Below the pieces are notes generated by a model that was not told where the DNA came from, made no database searches, and saw only the letters and a program-made list of their open reading frames with translations. Shown here piece by piece: positions 1-9,572 of a stretch of 64,000 bases of DNA. Location of the stretch: assembly GCA_964490105.1 (NCBI GenBank), contig CAZAZU010000001.1:155440-219439 (forward strand), in the 5' to 3' direction. Made by a program: the position numbers and the translations under genes. Origin of the DNA: an uncultured Gammaproteobacteria bacterium (GTDB lineage: Bacteria > Patescibacteriota > Microgenomatia > Levybacterales > UBA12049). Numbering within the stretch: the stretch's first letter is position 1; each line of letters starts with the position of its first letter.

Positions 1-116
1 TCCTGCCATAATTTTACTGCATTATAAAGGGAAGGATGGAGGTTGCAATAAGTGAAAATGCAACAAGTCCTGTGATGATAATGAGTATTACTCTGTGTTT
101 TTTACTTAAATCCATA

Positions 117-1283
117 TTACTTTTTAATCACCTTAACCTTATTTCTCCCGACACTAATAATGTCTCCGGAGTTTGGTATTGCTTTTATGTCGTTTGGAAC
201 TTTCCCATTAATTTTTATTCCATTTTCTGAAAATTTTCTTTTAATTTCTGACATGCTGGAAAGAAGCTGGGTTTCTAAAATTATTTCTGAAAGACTTTTT
301 CCTTCTATGTTTACTTCTGTAATTTCCTCTTGCGCATTTCCTTCAAAAACATCCTGTGCGTTTTTTGCGTCCTGTTCGCTATTTAAATCTTTAGTAATCT
401 CATATGCTAATTTTTTCTTAAATTGAATTGGATTTTCACCTGCTTTAATTTTTTGGGAAATTTCATTTATCTCATTCGTTGAGACATTTGTCAGATATTC
501 AAATCCAGAAATAATCACGTCATCTCCTAGTCCCATAATTTTTCCAAATAAATCTGCTGGGGCATCTGTAAGCCCAATTACGTTTCCCTCTGTCTTTCCA
601 ATTTTTCTGCCGCTTGAATCTGCAAGAAGAGGCGTTGTCATTACAAATTTATCTTTTCCTTTCATTGATTTCATAAGACTTCTCCCAGCAAGCATATTGA
701 ATGTTTGGTCAGTTCCGCCAAGTTCTAAATCTACATCCATTGCTACAGAATCATAAGCTTGAAGAAGAGGATATAAAAACTCCCGAAGATTTATGGGTTG
801 GTTATTTTTTATTCTTTCTTGAAATAAATCTCTTTCTGACAATTGCTGCCATGTAAAATGTCCGGCAATTTCAAGAATATCTGAAAGTTTTAGGTCATTT
901 AGCCAATCGCCGTTGAATCTTATCTCTATTGGATTTTCTCCACCAAATCTAACAATTTTTCCGGCTTGTTTTACATAGTCAACTGCATTTGCTCTGAGTT
1001 CATCTCGGCTCAAGAATTTATCACGTCCAACAGTTTTTCCAGAAGGATCTCCTGCTTGTCCAGTTCCATCCCCTATTAAAAAAATTACGTGATGACCCAG
1101 ATCCTGCCATTGTCTTAATTTCTTAAATCCTACCATATGTCCTATGTGAAGTCTGGTTCCTGTGGGGTCAAAACCTTGATAGATTTTTAGCTTTTTTCCG
1201 CTCCTTAGTACTTTTTCAAGTTCTTCTGATGTAGGGTAAATCTTGTCAACTCCACGGGTAAGTAGCTCTGAAATTTTATCCAT
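117..1283 (-). CDS. tyrS: tyrosine--tRNA ligase
   Basis: 388 aa; class I HIGH motif (RLHIGH), KMSKS-like KSMKGK, C-terminal S4-like domain. Confidence 0.9.
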   Translation of the reverse strand: MDKISELLTRGVDKIYPTSEELEKVLRSGKKLKIYQGFDPTGTRLHIGHMVGFKKLRQWQDLGHHVIFLIGDGTGQAGDPSGKTVGRDKFLSRDELRANAVDYVKQAGKIVRFGGENPIEIRFNGDWLNDLKLSDILEIAGHFTWQQLSERDLFQERIKNNQPINLREFLYPLLQAYDSVAMDVDLELGGTDQTFNMLAGRSLMKSMKGKDKFVMTTPLLADSSGRKIGKTEGNVIGLTDAPADLFGKIMGLGDDVIISGFEYLTNVSTNEINEISQKIKAGENPIQFKKKLAYEITKDLNSEQDAKNAQDVFEGNAQEEITEVNIEGKSLSEIILETQLLSSMSEIKRKFSENGIKINGKVPNDIKAIPNSGDIISVGRNKVKVIKK

Positions 1284-1338
1284 ATAGCCTTGAGTATAGC
1301 ATACAATGCTTTGATTTTGGTATAATTATGGTATCAAA

Positions 1339-3594
1339 ATGGTCGATTATGGTACGCGTTCGAGAAGACGTAGAACAAGGCTAAGGACCCGAAGCGGACC
1401 GCGCCTTCCGAACAAAATTGTCCTCTATTCTAAGCTTTCCCGCTATGCTCTCATCGCACTAGTTGGGGGAATTATTCTTATGGTTTTAATGTTCTTCTGG
1501 TTCAGTCGTGATCTTCCTGAGCCGGGAAAACTAATCGAAGCTCAGGCTGAAAATTCCACAAGAATTTATGATAGGAATGATATCCCTCTTTATTCCGTAT
1601 ATGAAGATGTAAACAGAACATATGTTGAGCTGGATGAAATTCCAAAAGACCTACAGCAGGCAACAATCGCGATTGAGGATAAGAATTTCTATAAAAATAA
1701 AGGATTTTCTATTACGGGTTATTTCAGGGGACTTGTAATAGACCCGATTTTTAGACGCCGAGTTACAGGAGGCTCGACTATAACTCAGCAGCTTGTTAAA
1801 AATGTTTTGCTTACTTCAGAAAGATCACTTCCTAGAAAAGTAAAAGAATTAGTTCTTTCAATCCAGGTTGATAAAAGATATTCGAAAGAAGAAATTCTTG
1901 AAATGTATTTAAATGACGTTCCGTACGGAGGAACTGCCATAGGAGTTGAGGCAGCATCAGAAACTTATTTTGGTAAAAAGGTTACTGAGCTAAATCTTGC
2001 CCAGTCGGCACTTCTTGCCGGTCTTCCGCAAAGTCCTAGTGCTTACTCCCCTTTCTCAGGAAATGATTATTATATCGGGCGAAGTGAGCAAGTTCTAAAG
2101 AGCATGCGAGAACAGGGTTACATTAATAAAGATGAAGAAAAGAAGGCGTTAGCGGAAATTAAGAAGATGAAATTTACTCAAAGAGAATCAACATCCATGA
2201 AAGCTCCGCATTTTGTTATTTATGTAAAGCAAATCTTGGCTTCTCAGTTTGGCGAAGCAGCTGTTGAAACAGGCGGGCTTCAGGTAAAAACCACTCTTGA
2301 TTATGAGCTTCAGAAAAAATCAGAAGATATAGTTAAGGAAGAAATTGAAAAGCTTAAAGGATTTCGCGTTGGAAATGGAGCTGCGATGGTAAGTGACCCT
2401 AAAACTGGTGAGGTTCTAGCTATGGTAGGAAGTAAAGATTATTTTGACGAAAAAGGAGACGGAAATTTTAACGTTGCTTTAGCAAATAGACAGCCTGGAT
2501 CATCTTTAAAGCCTATTGTTTATGCTGCTGCTTTTGAAAAAGGGTATACGCCTTCAACCATGCTTATGGATGTAAAAACAGATTTTCCAAATGGAAGCGG
2601 CGGACTATACTCGCCTGTTAATTATGATGGAAAATTTAGAGGACCAGTTCAGGTAAGATTTGCTCTTGGAAATTCTCTTAATATTCCCGCTGTAAAAATG
2701 TTAGCGCGCGTAGGGCTTTCGGACGTTATGGAAAAAGGTTATGAAATGGGGCTTGATAACTGGGAGCCGACAGCCGCGAATATGCAAAACGTAGGGCTCT
2801 CTCTTGTTCTTGGAGGACGCGAAGTTTCTCTAATGGACGAAATAACGGCATATAGTGTATTTGCAAATAAAGGCGTAAAGCAAGAACCTCTAACGATTCT
2901 TGAGGTAAAAGATAATAAGGGAAAAGTTCTATATAAATATAAAGAGAAAAAAGGACAAAGAGTTCTATCTGAAGAAATCGCTTTCTTGATTTCCCACATT
3001 CTTCTTGATAATAATGCGCGGTCTGACGCTTTTGGAGCGAGTTCTGCACTGAACATTCCTGGGGTAGCTGTAAAAACAGGAACAACGGATGAGAAAAGAG
3101 ATAATTGGACAATTGGGTATACACCGACAGTTGTAGCAGGAGTTTGGGTTGGAAATAATGATAATAGTCCTATGAATCCTGCAATAGCATCAGGCGTAAC
3201 TGGAGCCTCACCTATTTGGAGAAGGATAATGCTTGAGGCAATTGAGGTAAAGAAAAAAGAAGAATTTGAAAAACCGGAAAATGTGATTGCAGTTCAAGTT
3301 GACACCGTAGGAGGAGGAATGCCTACTTCTGGAAAACCAACTAGATCTGAATATTTTGTAAAGGGCACTGAGCCAACTAGCGAATCATCAATTTATAGAA
3401 AGAAAGATGACAAGGTTTATATTTGGATTCGAGAATCAGATCCGGTATCAACTGACGGAAAAAATCTTTGGCAAGAAGGAATAGATAAATGGGTAGAAGA
3501 ATTTCATAAAGATGATTCGCTGTATCATCCTCCTTCTGAAGTAACAAATCAGGAAAGTAATAATCCCCAAAGTCCTACTCCTACTTCACAGTAG
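1339..3594 (+). CDS. class A penicillin-binding protein (transglycosylase/transpeptidase)
   Basis: N-terminal TM; GT51 motif EDKNFYKNKGF; transpeptidase SxxK (SSLKP) and KTG (KTGTT) motifs. Confidence 0.9.
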   Translation: MVDYGTRSRRRRTRLRTRSGPRLPNKIVLYSKLSRYALIALVGGIILMVLMFFWFSRDLPEPGKLIEAQAENSTRIYDRNDIPLYSVYEDVNRTYVELDEIPKDLQQATIAIEDKNFYKNKGFSITGYFRGLVIDPIFRRRVTGGSTITQQLVKNVLLTSERSLPRKVKELVLSIQVDKRYSKEEILEMYLNDVPYGGTAIGVEAASETYFGKKVTELNLAQSALLAGLPQSPSAYSPFSGNDYYIGRSEQVLKSMREQGYINKDEEKKALAEIKKMKFTQRESTSMKAPHFVIYVKQILASQFGEAAVETGGLQVKTTLDYELQKKSEDIVKEEIEKLKGFRVGNGAAMVSDPKTGEVLAMVGSKDYFDEKGDGNFNVALANRQPGSSLKPIVYAAAFEKGYTPSTMLMDVKTDFPNGSGGLYSPVNYDGKFRGPVQVRFALGNSLNIPAVKMLARVGLSDVMEKGYEMGLDNWEPTAANMQNVGLSLVLGGREVSLMDEITAYSVFANKGVKQEPLTILEVKDNKGKVLYKYKEKKGQRVLSEEIAFLISHILLDNNARSDAFGASSALNIPGVAVKTGTTDEKRDNWTIGYTPTVVAGVWVGNNDNSPMNPAIASGVTGASPIWRRIMLEAIEVKKKEEFEKPENVIAVQVDTVGGGMPTSGKPTRSEYFVKGTEPTSESSIYRKKDDKVYIWIRESDPVSTDGKNLWQEGIDKWVEEFHKDDSLYHPPSEVTNQESNNPQSPTPTSQ

Positions 3595-5518
3595 CTTTAA
3601 ATTTTCCTGAGATAGATTTTATTGTTTGATTTCTAATTTCACTTACCTCTTCATTTGTTAAGTTTTTGTCAGTTGCCTGGTAAATGATGTGAAATGTTTT
3701 GGCGTTTTCAAATTGATCTTTAAGAGTTACTTCAGTAATTAAAAAGCTTTGAAGCTTAATTTCCTCTATTACATCTTCTGTATTAATCTCTTCGCCCAGA
3801 ACAAAAGTAATATCTTCAACAATTGGAGGAAATTTCGCTAATTGTTTGTATGCCTTTTTAAAAGTAGCATGTTTCAGTAGAGTTTCGAAAGATAATTCAA
3901 AGTCTATAATATTAGAGTTAAGTATTTCTATGTATCCAAGTTCATCATTTCCAATGTTTATATTTGCTCCCCTAGCGTCCGATCTATTTTTAAATTTATA
4001 ATTTTTAATACCCAAGTCTTCAAAAAGATTTTCTAATATTCCTTTAACTTCATAAAAGGAAATATCTTTTCTCTTTAAAATTCCAGACAGCGTCAGTCTT
4101 TCTTCTGGTAGATCATTTGTTTTTCTATAGATATTTGATAATTCAAAAATTCGAATTGATTCCCTGGTTTTATTATTTTCTAAAACCTGTAAAAGACTAG
4201 GAACCAAACTGTTTCTTAAATATTCCATATCCGAAGATAAAGGATTCTTAAGTTTTACTGCTTTTTCAATTGGGCCATCAAATAACTCCTCGGAAATTAA
4301 AGAATAGCTATATACTTCAGTAAATCCCCAGTATTTGAATGCATTTTTTACTCTTTGTTCAAGATTAAATGTATTTAAATAAGGAGTATTTTTATTATTC
4401 AAAAATCCAGGAATTATGCTCGGAAGTTTATGATATCCGTATACTCTTGCGATTTCCTCTATAATATCTTCCTCAATTAAAACTTCTGAAGCGCGAATTG
4501 TCGGTACGGTTACTTCAAGTATATCTCCCGATTTTTTAACTTTAAAATCTAATTTTTCAAGAATCTCTACAGACTTTGCCGTAGGAATCTGGACACCAAT
4601 TATTTTATTAATTTTCTTAACTGAAACTTTTATATTATTAGTTTTTGATTTATTTGGATAAATATCTAAAGTTTTTGAAATAACTTTTCCTTTAGCAATT
4701 TTTTCGTATAGTTCCACTCCCCTATTAAATGCAATCGTCATTAATTCTGGGTCTATTCCTTTCTCATTTATAATTGCGGCTTCTGTTCTTATGCCAAGAT
4801 TCATGGAGGTGTTTCTAATTTTTTTAGGATTATTATTATCAAGAAAAAATAAAATTCTTTTTGTATTATTTTGAACAACAGAATTTTTTGTTCCCATTAC
4901 TCCTAAAAGATCAATTATTTCTCCACTGCCATTGTCAGCAACTATATCTCCTCCAAGAAGTCTGTATTTTTTTCCGTCCAGCGTTGTAAGTTCTTCTCCT
5001 TCTTTAGATTCTCTTATAATCATTTTTTTAGTATTTAATAAATCGTAATCAAAGACGTGGCAAGGATGTCCGATTTCTCTCATTACATAATTTGTTACAT
5101 CGATTAAATTATTAAGACTTCTTATTCCGGACTTTTCGAGTCTTTCTTTTATTTCATTTGGACTGTCTCCAATTTCTACTTCCATTACAACTGCCATGAT
5201 CCTGTTAACTAATTTGGGATCATTTACTATTTCAATCGGGAAAGAAATATTTGCTAAAGGCGCTTTAGGAATTTTTATATCCTTAAATTTAGCAAGCGGT
5301 TTTTCTATAACAGCTCCAGCTTCTCTAGCGATAGCACGTACAGACATCAGATCAGGTCTATTAGTTGTTACTTCTATGTCATAAACCTCATCATTATTTA
5401 TTTTTTCGATTCGCTCAACTGATACACTACTTAGAGAAAGTTCGCGCGCAATTTCTTTACTCGTCGCACTTGTTGCTAAAAATTCTCTTAACCAGCTGTC
5501 TACTATTTTTATATTCAT
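3581..5518 (-). CDS. pheT: phenylalanine--tRNA ligase beta subunit (reduced form)
   Basis: 645 aa; N-term MNIKIVDSWLREFL matches PheT start, B3/B4 and B5 core present, N-terminal OB tRNA-binding and C-terminal anticodon-binding domains absent. Confidence 0.85.
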   Translation of the reverse strand: MNIKIVDSWLREFLATSATSKEIARELSLSSVSVERIEKINNDEVYDIEVTTNRPDLMSVRAIAREAGAVIEKPLAKFKDIKIPKAPLANISFPIEIVNDPKLVNRIMAVVMEVEIGDSPNEIKERLEKSGIRSLNNLIDVTNYVMREIGHPCHVFDYDLLNTKKMIIRESKEGEELTTLDGKKYRLLGGDIVADNGSGEIIDLLGVMGTKNSVVQNNTKRILFFLDNNNPKKIRNTSMNLGIRTEAAIINEKGIDPELMTIAFNRGVELYEKIAKGKVISKTLDIYPNKSKTNNIKVSVKKINKIIGVQIPTAKSVEILEKLDFKVKKSGDILEVTVPTIRASEVLIEEDIIEEIARVYGYHKLPSIIPGFLNNKNTPYLNTFNLEQRVKNAFKYWGFTEVYSYSLISEELFDGPIEKAVKLKNPLSSDMEYLRNSLVPSLLQVLENNKTRESIRIFELSNIYRKTNDLPEERLTLSGILKRKDISFYEVKGILENLFEDLGIKNYKFKNRSDARGANINIGNDELGYIEILNSNIIDFELSFETLLKHATFKKAYKQLAKFPPIVEDITFVLGEEINTEDVIEEIKLQSFLITEVTLKDQFENAKTFHIIYQATDKNLTNEEVSEIRNQTIKSISGKFKATVK

Positions 5519-5519
5519 T

Positions 5520-6554
5520 TTAAAATTGCTCTAAAAATTCTAGTTTATTACTGTAAAGTAATCTAAGATCATCGATTTCAATTCCCTCTTTCATCATGAG
5601 AACTCTTTCAACTCCCCAACCAAAAGCGAAGCCATTAAATTCTTTAGGGTCTATTCCGCAATTAATTAATACATTTGGATGAACCATTCCTGCTCCTCCC
5701 ATTTCAAGCCACCCTTCTTTACACAACTTGCATCCTTTTCCCTCACATACTCCGCAGCTTACGTCTACCTCAAAAGAAGGTTCTGTAAATTCGAAATGGT
5801 AAGGTCTGATTCTCGCACTTCTTTTTTCTCCGAAATATGATTTTACGAAATAGTCTAAAACTCCTTTTAAATTTACGATTGATAAATCTTTGTCTATCGC
5901 AAGTCCCTCAAACTGATGAAACATAGGAGTGTGTGAGACATCGGATTGGCGCCTATAGCATTTAGCGATGTTTAGCATTTTTATCGGAGGTTTGCTTTCT
6001 TGCATTTCTCTAATTTGACCACTTGAAGTATGTGGAGTTAAAAGCATTGGGCCGTATTTTTTGCTCGTAGGTGCATCAATAAAAAAAGTTTCCCAATCGT
6101 CACGGGCTGGATGACCTTCTGGGAAATTTAGAGCACCAAATGCATGCCAATCCCACTCTACCTCTGGATACCTAACTCTACTAAAACCTATTCGATCAAA
6201 GATGTCTGTAATTTCTGAAATTGCCTGAGTTATAAGATGATGATGTCCTAGTGCGGGCCTAATACCTGGATTTGTAACATCTATTCGTTCAATTTTTGCG
6301 CGTGTTTCTGTGTGCTTTGCGCCCTTTGTTTTTTCTTTAAGAGTTTCTTCAATTGTATTTTTTACTTCGTTTGCTAAAACTCCGATTTCTTTTCTTCTCT
6401 CCGGGTCTATTTTAGGCAATTGTTTTAGAAGTAGCGTTAACTGACCGCTTCTACCTAAGAATTCTAATTTAATTTCTTCTAATTCCTTTGGATCCTCAGT
6501 GTCGAGGATTAAGCTCATGGCATTATTTTTAATGTTAATTAGTTCATTTTCCAT
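5520..6554 (-). CDS. pheS: phenylalanine--tRNA ligase alpha subunit
   Basis: 344 aa; class II aaRS core, FPEGHPARD motif; directly upstream of pheT. Confidence 0.9.
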   Translation of the reverse strand: MENELINIKNNAMSLILDTEDPKELEEIKLEFLGRSGQLTLLLKQLPKIDPERRKEIGVLANEVKNTIEETLKEKTKGAKHTETRAKIERIDVTNPGIRPALGHHHLITQAISEITDIFDRIGFSRVRYPEVEWDWHAFGALNFPEGHPARDDWETFFIDAPTSKKYGPMLLTPHTSSGQIREMQESKPPIKMLNIAKCYRRQSDVSHTPMFHQFEGLAIDKDLSIVNLKGVLDYFVKSYFGEKRSARIRPYHFEFTEPSFEVDVSCGVCEGKGCKLCKEGWLEMGGAGMVHPNVLINCGIDPKEFNGFAFGWGVERVLMMKEGIEIDDLRLLYSNKLEFLEQF

Positions 6555-6600
6555 CTAGCTTAAGTATATCGAATTTGAGGGCAAATTGGGAGAATGCGGT

Positions 6601-7146
6601 TTACCTGCCTCTACCTATGAATCTTGAGAAAATAGTTCTTCCTCTTCTAGCTTCTCTCTCTGCTTCGCCTCGAGCTTTACTAATAAGCTCAGCTGGAGAT
6701 TGATACCCAAACCTGTTTAAAAGAAGAGCTCTATTTGGTACATATATTGCTCTTGCGTGAATAACATCAATTCTGTGATCAGTTAGTCTGTAGTCTGTTC
6801 CGTCCGGTGTCGTAAGAAGAACTTTACCTGTATGAGGACCTGCGCCTAGTCTTATGGATGGTGAACCTTTATGCAACGCTTCAAGGGAAAGCGTCTCATT
6901 TGTTAATGTTCTGTAGGGAGCAGTAGCATGTGCTAAATTTTCCGCTACTCCTAGATTTGCATGCGCGCCTTCAACAGGATCTAGTACTCGTTCTCGAATA
7001 TTCCGGCCATTTGCTAATTGACCAGCTTCTATTAAGCCATCCATTCTAGCGAGTGATTGTTCTGCTGCAGTCCTAATTTCTGCAGTAGTAGGTCGATATC
7101 TGTCAGTCATGTGCGAGATATTACCATCAATTAGATTTTGTGTCAA
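6601..7146 (-). CDS. hypothetical protein, GC-shifted cassette I gene C (N-term MTxxxxDxxIxHxT shared with 12906..13271)
   Basis: 181 aa uninterrupted ORF in a locally GC-richer segment; start abuts stop of 7147..7413 (translational coupling). Confidence 0.5.
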   Translation of the reverse strand: MTQNLIDGNISHMTDRYRPTTAEIRTAAEQSLARMDGLIEAGQLANGRNIRERVLDPVEGAHANLGVAENLAHATAPYRTLTNETLSLEALHKGSPSIRLGAGPHTGKVLLTTPDGTDYRLTDHRIDVIHARAIYVPNRALLLNRFGYQSPAELISKARGEAEREARRGRTIFSRFIGRGR

Positions 7147-7413
7147 TTACGCTGCGATTTCTCTCTGAGCGGGCGATTCTCTTCTTGCTTCCATTTCAGC
7201 TCTTCTTTGATCCATCACTAATCCCTGCCATTCAGCCTCTTGTCTGTGCCTAATTATTCTTTGAGCTCTTCCTTTTTCTGCTTCAAAAAGTTTTAATGTC
7301 GACGGATTAGTAGACAAAACAACAAGTTTTCTTTCAGGTGCGATCCCAGCATGAGGATCTGCAATTGGCAGTGCAGAATAATCTAAATGTAATCCAGTAT
7401 TTCTTTCTGTCAT
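7147..7413 (-). CDS. hypothetical small protein, cassette I gene B
   Basis: 88 aa; strong SD AAGGGAGGTGA upstream of ATG; weak similarity to 13264..13497 (VVxxS...TL...EKxxAQ). Confidence 0.5.
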   Translation of the reverse strand: MTERNTGLHLDYSALPIADPHAGIAPERKLVVLSTNPSTLKLFEAEKGRAQRIIRHRQEAEWQGLVMDQRRAEMEARRESPAQREIAA

Positions 7414-7463
7414 AATTAATCACCTCCCTTCGACGTTTCTCAGGGTAAACTTTTTAAAACCAC

Positions 7464-7489
7464 AAAAAAACCTCCCATCTTGGGAGGCT
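7464..7489 (-). terminator. rho-independent terminator (minus strand), conserved copy 1
   Basis: minus-strand GCCTCCCA-AGA-TGGGAGG followed by TTTTTTT; near-identical copy at 13548..13572. Confidence 0.6.
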
Positions 7490-7619
7490 TATTGCCTTTT
7501 TATTTTTGGCAATACGTTACCTCCCGGAAGGGAAAGTAAAGTAAAACCCGAAATTTATAATCTTTATCATTTATTTATGTTAATAAATTATTTTCAATTA
7601 CGCAAATAACACTTCTATA

Positions 7620-8138
7620 TTAAGCTGATTCTTGTATAGGGCCTGCGGGTTGAGCAGTCTGTTCTGGTGAATTCGATCTTTTAAAATCATCAAGAGCTCT
7701 TCTTAAGCTCCCTATCCAAATTCCCCTAGCGTTAATGACTTCCATGTCGCTGGGAGTTTCTTCTCCAAGAACTGGAAGGCCTGCATGTTCCCCCGCAGCA
7801 TGAGTATATGTTCTAAGGATGCCATCAGTGGAAAGATATGTCCCAATCATATCTGACCGCAGAATATTTGCGGTTGTTTTCTCTCCATCAATAATTACCT
7901 CTTCTGTTGGAAATGCACCCATTTCACCAAGGCCTACAGCTACTTTCCTGAGTCTATCTCTAATCCGGCTCGCAGCATATGAGACGTCAGTTTCTACTAA
8001 TTCAGATGCGTTTTTTAATCCACTCTCTGCTCTATTTATGCCCTTTTTAAGTTGCTCAGGTGAAAGGGATGGTGCTGGACCGCCAAATTCCCATTCTCCC
8101 CATTGTTCTGGTTGTGCTTGTTCTCTTCCTCTAGTCAT
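7620..8138 (-). CDS. hypothetical protein, cassette I gene A
   Basis: 172 aa, GC-shifted, acidic/Gly-Pro-rich; C-terminal region loosely resembles 13711..14379 (MEV(I/L)...SL..AL..K.S). Confidence 0.5.
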   Translation of the reverse strand: MTRGREQAQPEQWGEWEFGGPAPSLSPEQLKKGINRAESGLKNASELVETDVSYAASRIRDRLRKVAVGLGEMGAFPTEEVIIDGEKTTANILRSDMIGTYLSTDGILRTYTHAAGEHAGLPVLGEETPSDMEVINARGIWIGSLRRALDDFKRSNSPEQTAQPAGPIQESA

Positions 8139-8171
8139 GGTTGGGATTTTAACAAAGAAGTGTGCTTATTG

Positions 8172-8453
8172 TCAATTTAGTCTTCTTAGTGTTACGGTGT
8201 GGCCGATTTGAACAACTTCGTTATTCTTTGGAGTGCTAATAACACGTCCCTCCGATATAAGATGCTTTAATTGTCTAATTTTTCTATCCAAATCGCTAAG
8301 TTCGAATCGCGCTCCTTTATAATACCCATTTTCAGAAAGGTCTCCCATGTTTCTTGCCTTGGTTAAGGTCGCCACAACCTGAGGACGTTTTTCTTCAGCT
8401 TCTCTTAAATCGGACTTTAACTTTTCAAATCCTTCTTTAGTGAAAAATGCCAT
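8172..8453 (-). CDS. greA: transcription elongation factor GreA, N-terminal coiled-coil domain only (3'-truncated)
   Basis: 93 aa; GDLSENGYY motif and alignment to GreA residues 1-95; ORF stops where the GreA C-terminal FKBP-like domain should start. Confidence 0.7.
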   Translation of the reverse strand: MAFFTKEGFEKLKSDLREAEEKRPQVVATLTKARNMGDLSENGYYKGARFELSDLDRKIRQLKHLISEGRVISTPKNNEVVQIGHTVTLRRLN

Positions 8454-8472
8454 AAAGATATTGTATCAGAGG

Positions 8473-8817
8473 TTATTTAACTGAGGAAACGATTTCTTTG
8501 AAAGTAGCTGGATCGGTTTGAACTAAATCATTTAAAATTTTTCTATCTAATTCGACTTTTTCAGCTTTAAGTTTGTTAATAAGAACTGAATATGAAATTC
8601 CTTCTTTTTTTGAAGCTTCTGAAATTCTAGTAATCCAGAGCGCTCTGTTATCTCTTTTTCTTAGTTTTCTTCCATGGTATGCATATTGACCAGCGTGAAG
8701 GTCTGCTTCATGAGCATCTTTTGTTAGCCTATTATTTGTGCCAATAAAGCCTTTGTTTCTTTCAAATAATTTATTGTGTTTTCTTTTAGAGACTACGCCT
8801 CTTTTTACTCTTGCCAT
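8473..8817 (-). CDS. rplT: 50S ribosomal protein L20
   Basis: MARVKRGVVSKRKHNK... canonical L20. Confidence 0.95.
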   Translation of the reverse strand: MARVKRGVVSKRKHNKLFERNKGFIGTNNRLTKDAHEADLHAGQYAYHGRKLRKRDNRALWITRISEASKKEGISYSVLINKLKAEKVELDRKILNDLVQTDPATFKEIVSSVK

Positions 8818-8821
8818 ATAT

Positions 8822-9025
8822 TTAAGCTACGTTAAGCATTGATTTAATTTTTTTACCAAACTTTTTATCTAAAACGCCTTCCACTCTTCCTCGTCTTATT
8901 GCTCGATTGCTTTTATTGGTTTTTAAGTGGCCGCTATTTTGGTGCGAGAACATAACTTTTCCGGTTTTAGTAACCTTAAAGCGTCTCGCCACTGATCTCT
9001 TTATCTTGTGCTTGTTCTTCGTCAT
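8822..9025 (-). CDS. rpmI: 50S ribosomal protein L35
   Basis: 67 aa basic protein MTKNKHKIKRSVARRFKVTKTGKV. Confidence 0.9.
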   Translation of the reverse strand: MTKNKHKIKRSVARRFKVTKTGKVMFSHQNSGHLKTNKSNRAIRRGRVEGVLDKKFGKKIKSMLNVA

Positions 9026-9572
9026 TTTTCTTTTTCCTTTCTGGAGAAAGCATTGTTATAAGCTGCCTTCCCTCGAAATGTGCCTCCTTATCTACTTTAG
9101 AAACGTCTGAAAGGCTGTCTATAGCTTTTCTTAAAACTTGATGTCCGAATTCCGGGTGTCCCATCTGGCGACCCTTAAATCTGACAACTAGTCTTACTTT
9201 ATCGTTTCCTTCTAGAAATTCTCTTGCACGTCTTACCATGGTATCTAAATCATGGTCGTCCATAAATGGACCGAGACGGATTTCCTTAGTTTCAGAATTT
9301 TTCGCTTTCTTTTTTTCTTCCCTTCTTTTCTTCTCTTCCTGGTAAAGAAACTTTTTAAAGTCGATTATTCTGGCAACTGGTGGCTTAGCAGTAGGGGCAA
9401 CTTCTACTAAATCCAATCCTTGTTCTCGTGCAATATCTAGTGCTTCAAACTTTTTTAAGACCCCTATTTGTTTGCCTTCAGAGTCTAATACTCTTAATTC
9501 GCTCGCAAATATTCGCTCGTTAGTTCTGTAAAACTTATTAACTGTCTTGTTTTTGTTATACCTTTTTATCAA
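8976..9572 (-). CDS. infC: translation initiation factor IF-3
   Basis: IF3 N- and C-domains; ORF as drawn overlaps rpmI by 50 nt; part of conserved thrS-infC-rpmI-rplT order. Confidence 0.85.
   Translation of the reverse strand: MIKRYNKNKTVNKFYRTNERIFASELRVLDSEGKQIGVLKKFEALDIAREQGLDLVEVAPTAKPPVARIIDFKKFLYQEEKKRREEKKKAKNSETKEIRLGPFMDDHDLDTMVRRAREFLEGNDKVRLVVRFKGRQMGHPEFGHQVLRKAIDSLSDVSKVDKEAHFEGRQLITMLSPERKKKNDEEQAQDKEISGETL

Noticed and set aside
14-115. Possible 33-aa hydrophobic micro-ORF immediately after the tyrS stop (minus strand)
   Set aside because: Too short, with no clear SD. Kept only as a note.
2726-3124. ORF-track ORFs antisense or alternative-frame inside the PBP gene (2726..3124, 2739..3056) and similar internal ORFs (5196..5384, 9753..9959, 10914..11223, 17087..17407, 28165..28523, 34086..34473, 35078..35287, 37732..37929, 42176..42673, 42847..43083, 47624..47833, 48833..49075, 50964..51254, 54481..54735, 56495..56956, 57711..57983, 58465..58764, 59350..59714, 60947..61234)
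   Set aside because: Each lies entirely within, and opposite or out of frame to, a well-supported conserved gene. Low-complexity translations point to spurious ORFs.
6601-8138. GC-rich blocks as rRNA or large structured ncRNA
   Set aside because: They contain long stop-free ORFs with canonical SDs and coupled starts. No rRNA hallmark sequences were seen.
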